Shown: piece after piece, positions 9,963 through 18,165 of the stretch
Numbering within the stretch: the first letter of the stretch is position 1
How the letters are laid out: the number at the start of each line of letters is the position of its first letter
Assembly: GCA_963702475.1 (NCBI GenBank)
Contig: CAVPCT010000001.1
Location: forward strand, 128,001 to 192,000
DNA from: an uncultured Thermoleophilia bacterium
GTDB taxonomy: Bacteria; Actinomycetota; Thermoleophilia; UBA2241
Direction of reading: 5' to 3'
DNA: 64,000 nt
Made by a program: the position numbers and the translations under genes
Notes under the pieces: generated by a model
What the model was told of the DNA's origin: nothing
Database searches by the model: none
What the model saw: the letters and a program-made list of their open reading frames with translations, nothing else

Positions 9963-10355
9963 TCAGTGAAAGTACTCCCGGTACGCCGTGAGCGCGTACA
10001 GGATCATGAAGTACAACACGAACATGATGATGCCCCACCAGGGCAGCACCAGGAAGCCGACGAACCAGATGATGAGCCCGGCGATGCCGAACGCCAGGCC
10101 CCAGGCGCGGGCGGCGCGCGAGCGGCGCAGCACGAACAGGCCGATGCCCAGCTGCGCGACGCCGAGGACGAGGAAGATCACGGCCCACGCCGAGAGGTTG
10201 TCCAGTAGCGTCTGCTCGGCGTGGAACACCTCGTCGCGGTACAGCGCCGCGATGCCGGCGATGACGTTGAAGGCGCCGGCGATGAGGTAGAAGATGCCGG
10301 CGAACTCGACCCAGCCGCGGCCCTCGCCGTGCGCGTGTGCCCTCGTCATGGACAT
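9963..10355 (-). CDS. Small 4-TM membrane protein (DUF7144-like)
   Basis: GWVEFAGIFYLIAGAFNVIAGIAAL..AWAVIFLVLG..PWWGII..ILYALT; GAGGAGGG RBS. Confidence 0.75.
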   Translation of the reverse strand: MSMTRAHAHGEGRGWVEFAGIFYLIAGAFNVIAGIAALYRDEVFHAEQTLLDNLSAWAVIFLVLGVAQLGIGLFVLRRSRAARAWGLAFGIAGLIIWFVGFLVLPWWGIIMFVLYFMILYALTAYREYFH

Positions 10356-10407
10356 GCCCTCCTCGTCGGCGCGCCGGTCCCCGTGACGTCGGCGCTCTGC
10401 TGAGGCG

Positions 10408-12207
10408 TCACTCTATCGCACGCCGGCTGGCCCCGGGCAGCCACCAGGCCGGCTCGATCGTGTCGCGCTCAGGCTGCTGGGCGAGGGAGTCGTCCGGCGG
10501 GTCCGTGATCCCCGTCTCGAGCTTGTACGCGCGGATGACGTCATCGGTGTCCCCGAACACGCGCTGGGGACCGATGAGGTCGAGCAGACCGTCCCGCTTG
10601 AGTTCCGCACGCACGGGATCGGCCACGTCGCACAGCACCACGGTGATCCCGCGCGCGTGCAGGTCGCGTACGGTGCGCTCGAGCCAGAGCGTGGCCGTGA
10701 AGTCGACGTCGATCACCGACTCCATGGCCACGCAGAACCAGCGGACGGGGAGCGGCGCGTCGTGCAACAGGCGGTCGACCTCCTCGTGGAAGCGGGATGC
10801 GTTGGCGTAGTAGAGGCTCGCGCCGAAGCGGTAGATGAGGAGGCCCTTGCGCGCCTGCACGCCGCTGTCGAGCGGCAGGTTCTTCCACACCTTGCCTTCG
10901 AAGCGCGCCAGCAGCCGGTCGTAGGGGTGATAGCTGTGCCGCAGGTGGGCGATGATCGACACGGCGATGGCCACGAAGATGCCCTCCTCCACGCCCACCA
11001 GGACCACCGTCGCCGTGGTGAGCACCGCGACCCAGAACTCCACCGGACGCTGCCGCCACACAGTGCGCATGCCGCGCCAGTCGACGAGCTTGACGCCGAT
11101 CAGAAACACGACGGCCGAGAGGACGGCCTCGGGCAGGTACCCCATGGCCCCGGTCGCGAAGAGCAGGACAAGGACGGCGATGGCTGCGGCCGTGAGCTGG
11201 GAGAGCTGGCTGCGGCCGCCGGCCTCGTCGACGATGGCGGTCTTGGTGGGGCTGCCGTTGACGACGTAGGTGCCCGTGAACGCGGCGCCCACGTTGGCCA
11301 GCCCCAGCCCGACCAGGTCCACGTTGTCGTCGAGCCTGTCCTCGTACTTGGAGGCGTAGGCCCGGGACGTGGCCGCGCTCTGCGCGACGATGACGATGAA
11401 GAGCGATGCGGCGGTGCCGGCCAGAGGGATCATGTCGCGGAACGGGACCGCGGGCCAGTCCAGGCCTGGCAGGCCGCGGGGGATCGCGCCGATCGTAAGG
11501 ATGCCGTGGTCGGCGAAGGAAAAAGCGTAGCTCAGGACCATGGTGCCCACCACGGCGATGAGCGCCCAGGGCACGCGCCGCGCCCACCGCTCGCCGAGCA
11601 CGATCACGACGATGACGCTCACGGCGATCAGGACAGCCGCGGGGCTGGTGTGCGTCAGGTCCCTGGCCCAGCTGTACACGTGGGCGGCCGTGGAGCCCCC
11701 CTCCTTGTGGAGGCCGAACATGCCGGCCAGCTGCCCCGCCGCGACGGAGATGCCGACGCCGGTGAGGAAGCCGATGAGCACGGTGCGCGAGAGGAAGTTG
11801 GCGAGGAACCCGAGACGCAGCAGGCGGGCGAGCAGCAGCAGGACGCCGGCGATGAGTGCCAACATGCAGGCCATCCCCACGTACTGCGGCGACCCCGCCA
11901 GGGCGAGCGGCGTGAGGGCGGCGAAGGTGATGGCCGCGGTGGCCGAGTCGGCGCCCACCACGAGGTGGCGCGACGAGCCGAGCAGGGCGAACAGCACGGC
12001 CGGGACGATGAGCGTGTACAGCCCGGTGACGACCGGCATGCCGGCGATGCGCGAATAGCCGAGGACCTCCGGGATGGCGAGTGCGGCAAGCGTGGCGCCG
12101 GCGAGCACGTCGGGCACGGCGCGCTTCTTCCCGATAGGCAGGAGGCCTTCGAACAGCGGGGACGGCAAACGACGGCGCGGCGGCGCGGCCTTCGAGGTCG
12201 CCGCCAT
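10408..12207 (-). CDS. SulP/SLC26 anion transporter with STAS domain
   Basis: DVLAGATLAALAIPEVLGYS, GSSRHLVVGADS, VNGSPTKT, STAS YRFGASLYYANA. Confidence 0.93.
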   Translation of the reverse strand: MAATSKAAPPRRRLPSPLFEGLLPIGKKRAVPDVLAGATLAALAIPEVLGYSRIAGMPVVTGLYTLIVPAVLFALLGSSRHLVVGADSATAAITFAALTPLALAGSPQYVGMACMLALIAGVLLLLARLLRLGFLANFLSRTVLIGFLTGVGISVAAGQLAGMFGLHKEGGSTAAHVYSWARDLTHTSPAAVLIAVSVIVVIVLGERWARRVPWALIAVVGTMVLSYAFSFADHGILTIGAIPRGLPGLDWPAVPFRDMIPLAGTAASLFIVIVAQSAATSRAYASKYEDRLDDNVDLVGLGLANVGAAFTGTYVVNGSPTKTAIVDEAGGRSQLSQLTAAAIAVLVLLFATGAMGYLPEAVLSAVVFLIGVKLVDWRGMRTVWRQRPVEFWVAVLTTATVVLVGVEEGIFVAIAVSIIAHLRHSYHPYDRLLARFEGKVWKNLPLDSGVQARKGLLIYRFGASLYYANASRFHEEVDRLLHDAPLPVRWFCVAMESVIDVDFTATLWLERTVRDLHARGITVVLCDVADPVRAELKRDGLLDLIGPQRVFGDTDDVIRAYKLETGITDPPDDSLAQQPERDTIEPAWWLPGASRRAIE

Positions 12208-12327
12208 CAGCGTGCCGGACCTCTCGACAGGGGTTGGGACGGCATGGCGCGGACGTCCGTCATGCACGCAGCGTACCGCGCCAGGCGCCCCGGAGAAAGG
12301 ACGCGCGGACGGAGCAGCGGCCGGCGG

Positions 12328-13719
12328 TCAGTGCCTGAAGCCCGAGGCCGTCTTCTCGTCGTGCGCGGGCTCCGCCTGCTTCTGCAGGCGAGGCAGCTGG
12401 CGTTTGAGGTCGCGCAGCAGCATGTCGGCCACGTCGTACGTGAACCCGCGGCGCACCACGACGCGCAGCGCCGCGAGGTCCTCCCGGTCTTTGGGGAACG
12501 TGTAGGCCGGCACCAGCCAGCCGCGCTCGCGAAGGGCGTTGGAGACGTCGAACACGGAGTAGTTGTCGACCCCGTCGGCCAGGGTGAACGCGAACACGGG
12601 CAGTTCGTCACCGCGCGTGAGGAGCTTGAACGGGCCCAGCGCACCGATGGCGTCGGCCGTGTAGGCGGCCACCTCGCGGGCGTACTTGTGGACCCGCCGG
12701 TAGCCCTCGAAGCCCAGTCGCAGGAAGTTGTAGTACTGGCCCACGATCTGGGCGCCCGGACGGGAGAAGCTCAGGGCGAACGTGGGCATCTCGTCGCCAA
12801 GGTAGTTGACCCAGAAGATGAGGTCCTTCGGCAGGGCGTCGGCGTCGCGCCACACCGCCCAGCCGACGCCGGGGTACACCAGGCCGTACTTGTGCCCGGA
12901 CGTGTTGATGGACTGCACCCGCGGCAGACGGAAGTCCCACAGCAGCCCCGGGTCGAGAAACGGCGCGATGAAGCCGCCAGAGGCGCCGTCCACGTGCACC
13001 GGGACGTCCAGTCCCGTGCGCTGCTGCAGGTCGTCCAGGGCGTCGCAGATCTCCTTGACCGGCTCGAACGACCCGTCGAAGGTCGAGCCGAGCACGGCCA
13101 CCACGCCGATCGTGTCCTCGTCGCACAGCTTGACCGCCTCCTCGCCGTTCAGGTGCAGACGGTCGCCCTCCATCGGCACGAGGCGCATCTCCACGTCCCA
13201 GTAGTTGGCGAACTTCTCCCAGCACACCTGGACGTTGATGCCCATCACCAGGTTGGGCTTGTCGGCGGGCTTGCCCTCGGCCTTGCGGCGCTGCTGCCAG
13301 CGTCGCTTGAGCGCGAGGCCGCCGAGCATGGCGGCCTCACTCGAGCCGATCGTCGAGCACCCGGTGGCCCTGTCGGGGTCCGGCGCGTGCCAGAGGCGGC
13401 TGAGCATGTTGACGCAGCGCAGTTCGAGCTCCGCCGTCTGCGGGTACTCGTCCTTGTCGATCATGTTCTTGTCGGCGCACTCGTCCATGAGGACGCGCGC
13501 CTGGGGCTCCATCCACGTGGTCACGAACGTGGCGAGGTTGAGGCGCGAATTGCCGTCCAGCATCAGCTCGTCGTGGATGATCTGGTAGGCGAGCGCCGGC
13601 TGCATCTCGCCCGCCGGCAGCTCGTGCCGCGGCACACGGCTACCCTCGGCGGTGAACAGCGGGTCGACGGCCAGGTCTTTCTTCGTCTCCGGTGGTGCCT
13701 CCGGGTGCATCAGGGCCAT
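12328..13719 (-). CDS. gadB: Glutamate decarboxylase (PLP-dependent)
   Basis: DELMLDGNSRLNLATFVTTWME, KNMIDKDEYPQTAE, HVDGASGGF, PLP lysine SINTSGHKYGLVYPG. Confidence 0.95.
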   Translation of the reverse strand: MALMHPEAPPETKKDLAVDPLFTAEGSRVPRHELPAGEMQPALAYQIIHDELMLDGNSRLNLATFVTTWMEPQARVLMDECADKNMIDKDEYPQTAELELRCVNMLSRLWHAPDPDRATGCSTIGSSEAAMLGGLALKRRWQQRRKAEGKPADKPNLVMGINVQVCWEKFANYWDVEMRLVPMEGDRLHLNGEEAVKLCDEDTIGVVAVLGSTFDGSFEPVKEICDALDDLQQRTGLDVPVHVDGASGGFIAPFLDPGLLWDFRLPRVQSINTSGHKYGLVYPGVGWAVWRDADALPKDLIFWVNYLGDEMPTFALSFSRPGAQIVGQYYNFLRLGFEGYRRVHKYAREVAAYTADAIGALGPFKLLTRGDELPVFAFTLADGVDNYSVFDVSNALRERGWLVPAYTFPKDREDLAALRVVVRRGFTYDVADMLLRDLKRQLPRLQKQAEPAHDEKTASGFRH

Positions 13720-13814
13720 GCTTGTTCCTCCAGTGGGCAGCTACTCGTGTCGTAAGCGAGGCGGAGCGGGCGGCCCTGCCGGCGGCCCGCCCCGCCGCGC
13801 GCAGCCGCCGAAGC

Positions 13815-14339
13815 TCAGGCGCTCTCCGCCGGAGCCGCCTTGTCCTTCTTGTGGTGCTTGGCGCCGAAGGCGTGCTTGAGCTGCTCCTCCTGCTCGGCCG
13901 TGAGGTTGGAGCGCACCAGCTTGGCGTTGGTGCCCTCGACGGCGGCGAGGAACTTGTCCTCGGTCATCTGGTCGATGATGAGGAACCAGCCGGCCTTGCC
14001 GGGGGGGATGGCGTCGCCCATCTGCTCGAGGATCTGCTTGTCGATGCCGGTCTTGCCCATCTTGCCGAAGAGGGCGCCCATGCCGGCGCCGATGGCGAGA
14101 CCGAGGAAGGGCATGAAGAAGAGCAGGCCGAAGAGCATGCCCCAGAAGGCGCCGCCCATGGCCCCGGCCCCGACGATGTGGTCGCCGTGCTTGACGTGCG
14201 GCTTGCCGTCGGGGTCGCGGATCACCTCGGCGGCGTCGCCGAGCTGCACGATCATCTGCTGCTGCAGCTCCGCGAGCTTGAGGCCGAAGCGGTCGGCCTC
14301 CAGCTCGTTCTCGAAGCCCAGGACCATCATCTCGCTCAT
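13815..14339 (-). CDS. DUF1269 family glycine-rich membrane-hairpin protein
   Basis: GAMGGAFWGMLFGLLFFMPFLGLAIGAGMGALFGK..GIDK; ATG 14339 with GGGAGAG RBS. Confidence 0.85.
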   Translation of the reverse strand: MSEMMVLGFENELEADRFGLKLAELQQQMIVQLGDAAEVIRDPDGKPHVKHGDHIVGAGAMGGAFWGMLFGLLFFMPFLGLAIGAGMGALFGKMGKTGIDKQILEQMGDAIPPGKAGWFLIIDQMTEDKFLAAVEGTNAKLVRSNLTAEQEEQLKHAFGAKHHKKDKAAPAESA

Positions 14340-14432
14340 ACGCACTCTCCCGTTCCTGTGATTGGCGCAGGCCGTCACGGACGTCTGGCGCCGCGATGCC
14401 GAGCAGCGGTCCGTCCGCCGGCTGCACTGCAC

Positions 14433-14448
14433 GTTACCCGCAGGTTAC
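14433..14448. promoter_or_regulatory. Operator-like palindrome, copy 1 (GTTACCCGCAGGTTAC)
   Basis: 1 mismatch to GTTACC-N4-GGTAAC; upstream of the DUF1269-gadB-SulP minus-strand run. Confidence 0.7.
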
Positions 14449-14473
14449 GCGTATGATTCCTCCCCCGCCGCCT

Positions 14474-15142
14474 TCAGCTTGCGTCGGGCGGCTCGGGGAC
14501 CGTGGCCGCGAACAGCAGGTCGACGACGAGTGCGATCTGCGCGTCGAGCTCGCGGTCGGAGAGCTCCTCGAGCTCCACTTCAGGCAGCAGATTGTCCCGG
14601 AGGCCGGCGAAGCCGACGACGAGCGACACGACGGCGGCGACGGCGACCCTGGGGTCGACGCCTGCCTGGCCGCCGGCCGCAGCGGACTGTCCCTGGGCCA
14701 CGGCCGTGAGCAGGCGCGTCGCCGCGAAACCGACGCCCGTGACCTCGCGCAGCACGCTGTCCATGGTCACGCGGAGGACGAGGCGGAAGTAGCGCTGCGT
14801 GGCGCGCATGTCGCCGGCCAGCATGAGCGCCGCAGCCTCTCGCACGGTCGTGGCACCGGCCGCCGCTCGGGCGAGGACGCCCTCGTGGCGGGCCAGCACG
14901 GCGCGCAGGATGTCGGCCTTGGCGCCCGCGTAGCGGTGTACCAGCGCGTGGCTCACGCCGGCCGCATCGGCGATGGCGCGCACGCTCACGTCCGAGTACG
15001 GGTGATCGGCGAACAGCCGCTCTGCGGCGTCGAGCACGCGCGCGACGACCGCCTCCCGGCCTCCTTTGGGCGCGGCGCGACCGCCGCTCTCCCCTGCGGC
15101 GCCCCGCCCCGTTCGCGTCTCGTCGCCCATCTCGCGTCTCAC
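14474..15142 (-). CDS. TetR/AcrR family transcriptional regulator
   Basis: VLDAAERLFADHPYSDVSVRAIADAAGVSHALVHRY HTH; the start may be ATG 15130. Confidence 0.9.
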   Translation of the reverse strand: MRREMGDETRTGRGAAGESGGRAAPKGGREAVVARVLDAAERLFADHPYSDVSVRAIADAAGVSHALVHRYAGAKADILRAVLARHEGVLARAAAGATTVREAAALMLAGDMRATQRYFRLVLRVTMDSVLREVTGVGFAATRLLTAVAQGQSAAAGGQAGVDPRVAVAAVVSLVVGFAGLRDNLLPEVELEELSDRELDAQIALVVDLLFAATVPEPPDAS

Positions 15143-15191
15143 ATCTCGGTCGGCGTCGTCACCCTAGGTGAAGTACTGTACAGCACAGGAC

Positions 15192-15207
15192 GTTACCGGC
15201 AGGTCAC
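15192..15207. promoter_or_regulatory. Operator-like palindrome, copy 2 (GTTACCGGCAGGTCAC)
   Basis: In the divergent tetR/SHOCT intergenic region; 1 mismatch to consensus. Confidence 0.7.
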
Positions 15208-15323
15208 TGTTTCGGTAGCATGCAGCTCCGGGCAGAACCGACAGGGACACGGTCCGGTCGCTACTCGCAACCGTCGCGAGTACCCGTCGCTACCATCATC
15301 ACCCGGCTCGAGGAGGACGTCAG

Positions 15324-15623
15324 ATGTTCATGAGGAGAAGGCCGCTGCTCGGCGCCGCCGTCGTCGGCGGAGTCGCGTACCACGCCGGCAAGAAGCGCAC
15401 GGAGGCCGCGTACCAGGAGGACCAGCAGAATCAGCAGATCGCCGACCTGCAGTCGCAGCAGGCGCAGCAGCAGCAGGCTCCGCCGGCGCCGGCCGCCGCC
15501 GCCCCGGCGGCGGGCGGAGGCGTGACCGAGCAGCTCACCCAGCTCAAGGGCCTGCTGGACTCGGGCGTGCTCACGCAGGAGGAGTTCGCGGCGGCCAAGC
15601 AGAAGGTCCTGGCGGGCGGCTGA
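15324..15623 (+). CDS. SHOCT domain protein
   Basis: Basic/hydrophobic N-terminus, Q/A/P linker, C-terminal EQLTQLKGLLDSGVLTQEEFAAAKQKVL; GAGGAGG RBS. Confidence 0.88.
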   Translation: MFMRRRPLLGAAVVGGVAYHAGKKRTEAAYQEDQQNQQIADLQSQQAQQQQAPPAPAAAAPAAGGGVTEQLTQLKGLLDSGVLTQEEFAAAKQKVLAGG

Positions 15624-15657
15624 GGCCGGACCTGCCTTCAGGAGAAAGGAACACACT

Positions 15658-16158
15658 ATGGGTCCGGTACAGATCCTGGTCGTGGGGTTCGGCGAGGACG
15701 CCAAGTTCAAGGGCGCCGCCCTCGAGGAGCTGCGGAAGCTCCAGGAGCACGACATCGTGCGCCTCATCGACCTGCTCGTGGTGCGTAAGCTCGACGACGG
15801 CACCGTGGAGAAGCTGGAGATCAGCGACGCGGCCGAGATCGCCGAGCTGGGCGCCCTGGCCGGAGCGCTGCTCGGCCTCGGCGCCGCCGGTGAAGAGGGA
15901 GCCGTGGCGGGCGCCGAGCTCGGCGCCGAGCTCGGCGCCGAGGGTACGGTGTTCGAGGACAGTGACGTGTGGTACCTGGCGGACGCCTTGCCGGTGGGCA
16001 TGGCCGCCGCGGTCGTGATCCTCGAGCACCGCTGGGCGATCCCGCTGCGCAACGCCATCCGCGAGAACGACGGCGTACCGCTGCTCGACCGCTGGGTACA
16101 CCCGGAGGACCTCGTGGCCGCGGGCATGGAGATCGGCCGCGACGTCACCGACGATTGA
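15658..16158 (+). CDS. DUF6325/DUF1269-like protein
   Basis: MGPVQILVVGF..IVRLIDLLVVRK..AVVILEHRWAIPLRNAIRE; glycine-rich GALAGALLGLG hairpin. Confidence 0.8.
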   Translation: MGPVQILVVGFGEDAKFKGAALEELRKLQEHDIVRLIDLLVVRKLDDGTVEKLEISDAAEIAELGALAGALLGLGAAGEEGAVAGAELGAELGAEGTVFEDSDVWYLADALPVGMAAAVVILEHRWAIPLRNAIRENDGVPLLDRWVHPEDLVAAGMEIGRDVTDD

Positions 16159-16275
16159 ACGACGGATCCGGCTGGACGAGGCGTTCTCCGCAGTCGCACG
16201 CCTCTGAGGCCGGACGCGGCACGTGAGGCTCGGCGGGCCGGGCGGCGCAAGACGCTGCCCGGCCCGTGGCGTCTT

Positions 16276-16485
16276 TCACGCGGGGATGTGCGCGGTGAGG
16301 GCGCAGTCCACCACCGCGAGAGAGTCCTCGACGCCGGCCGCGGCGGCGATGTCGCGCACCGTCGTTCTGCGGATGCCCTTGTCGGCGAACAGCATGGCGG
16401 CGGCGTCGAGGACGAGCGCCCTGACCTCTTCGTGACGGCTGTGCGTCTCGGGCGGCCCCGGCCCTGGGGTCTCCTGGCCTTGCAC
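16276..16485 (-). pseudogene. Truncated TetR-family regulator fragment (69 aa)
   Basis: GTG 16485 with GGGAGGA RBS; VRALVLDAAAMLFADKGIRRTTVRDIAAAAGV, then similarity ends before the recognition helix and the frame stops. Confidence 0.65.
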
Positions 16486-16619
16486 GGTCTGTTCCTCCCG
16501 TCTCCTGGTCCTCGGGGCCCCCAGCTTCCGCGCGCGAACCGTATCATCACGGGCCGCATGTGTTCGGCCTCGCCCGGGTAGGGTGGGTTCCCGAAAAGGG
16601 TTGGAGAGAGGGGTCGTGA

Positions 16620-17951
16620 GTGGCCGCAGACGCACAGGAGGGCGCCTCCGGAGCGGGCTCGACACCGCCCGGCGACGCAGCTCCGCAGGAGGACGCCGGC
16701 TGGATGCGGCTGCTGTACGTCCACGTCGTCGTCGTGTCGCTCATCGCGGCGGTGGTCGTCGCCCTGTGGTTCATCCTGTTCGAGGTCGTCAACGAGCTCA
16801 TCTGGAGCGGGTCGTTCGTCGCGGACCACGCCTGGATGTTCCCGGTCGTCTGCCTGCCGCTGGCGCTGGCGGTCGGGCTGCTCGTCAAGTACGCGAAGGC
16901 CCCCAGCAACCTGGACGGGTCGCTGTTGGACAGCCTCACCGGCGACGTCGACGACATCAAGTGGAGGCTTCTGCCGGCGACGATCGCCACATCGCTGGCG
17001 TCGCTCTGGTCGGGCGCCGTCCTCGGGCCCGAAGGCGCCATCGGCAACATCTCGAGCCGCCTCGCGGCGCTCTACTGCGACCTGTTCAGGATCCCGGCCG
17101 AGCACCGCGCGAAGCTCGTCTACGGCAGCGTTGCCGCCGGCTACAACGGCCTGCTCGAGAATCCCATCTTCGCCGCCGTGCTCGGCACCGAGGTCGCGGG
17201 CACCCGGCAGAGCGGCCTCGCGGTGCTGCCTGCCAACCTCATCGGCGGCGGTGTGGGCTACGGCGTGTTCCTCGCCCTCCATAACACCGGGTTCGTGAAC
17301 TTCCTGCACCTGCCGGCGGTGACCGACTACCGGATCGTCGACGCCGTCGTCATGGTGCCGCTGGCGCTGGTCGGCCTGGTTCTTGCAGTGCTCACCGGGC
17401 TCCTCATGAAGGCGGCCGAACGGTTCTTCGGGCGTCTCAAGGAGCGCGTCGTCCTGCGCGCCCTGATCGCCGGCGTGATCTTCAGCGTGGTGGGCGTGTT
17501 CGCGCCGGTCATGATGTTCTCCGGCGAGACGCAGGTGCAGACGGTCATCAAGGACGCCGCCGGCTACGGCATCGCCCTGCTGCTCGTCATGGCCGTCGCC
17601 AAGCTCGCGCTGCTCGCCGTGGGCTTCAGGAGCGGGTTCCTCGGCGGGCCCACCTTCCCGCTCATCTTCGCCTCCACCAGCGTGGCGCTGGCACTGAACC
17701 TGGCCATTCCGAGCATCCCCGTGACGATCTTGGTGGCCGGCATCATGACGGGCGCGATCTACCCGCTGTTCAGGACCCCGCTCATGGTCGTCCTGCTCAC
17801 GGGGTTCATGCTGGCCGCCGACGCCACGCTCGTGGCCCTCATCGTGCTGGCACTGGCCACGGTGATGATCGTCACGCCGCCGCTGCAGCGCCGCATGGCG
17901 GCGCGCCAGGCGGCGCGCGCGGCCGGCGACGGCCCGGCTCAGCCGGGCTGA
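16620..17951 (+). CDS. ClC-family chloride channel/antiporter-like protein
   Basis: Multi-TM; GAVLGPEG (gating Glu motif); SGFLGGPTFPLIF. Confidence 0.82.
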   Translation: MAADAQEGASGAGSTPPGDAAPQEDAGWMRLLYVHVVVVSLIAAVVVALWFILFEVVNELIWSGSFVADHAWMFPVVCLPLALAVGLLVKYAKAPSNLDGSLLDSLTGDVDDIKWRLLPATIATSLASLWSGAVLGPEGAIGNISSRLAALYCDLFRIPAEHRAKLVYGSVAAGYNGLLENPIFAAVLGTEVAGTRQSGLAVLPANLIGGGVGYGVFLALHNTGFVNFLHLPAVTDYRIVDAVVMVPLALVGLVLAVLTGLLMKAAERFFGRLKERVVLRALIAGVIFSVVGVFAPVMMFSGETQVQTVIKDAAGYGIALLLVMAVAKLALLAVGFRSGFLGGPTFPLIFASTSVALALNLAIPSIPVTILVAGIMTGAIYPLFRTPLMVVLLTGFMLAADATLVALIVLALATVMIVTPPLQRRMAARQAARAAGDGPAQPG

Positions 17952-18093
17952 GCTGAGCCGTTCCAGGGGCGTCGCTCACTCGGCGGCGCCGCGCCAGGCC
18001 CGCGCCACCCGCACGGCCCCTTCACGGCGGCAGCCTGAGGGATTGATGGGTCGGCCCTGTCGGGGCGGCCCGCGCTCCGGTATGCTGCCGAAC

Positions 18094-18111
18094 AGTTACC
18101 TGCAGGTAACT
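18094..18111. promoter_or_regulatory. Operator-like palindrome, copy 3 (perfect 18-bp AGTTACCTGCAGGTAACT)
   Basis: Perfect inverted repeat 7 nt downstream of a -10-like TATGCT (18081-18086), upstream of the sulfatase gene. Confidence 0.8.
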
Positions 18112-18165
18112 CGCCGCGTTCGACACCCGATGTGCGGATGGCTGCGGCCACAAGGAGGCACACTC

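Noticed and set aside
10657-13755. 1032-aa plus-strand ORF
   Set aside because: Antisense shadow of SulP and gadB, typical of high-GC DNA; no recognisable motifs.
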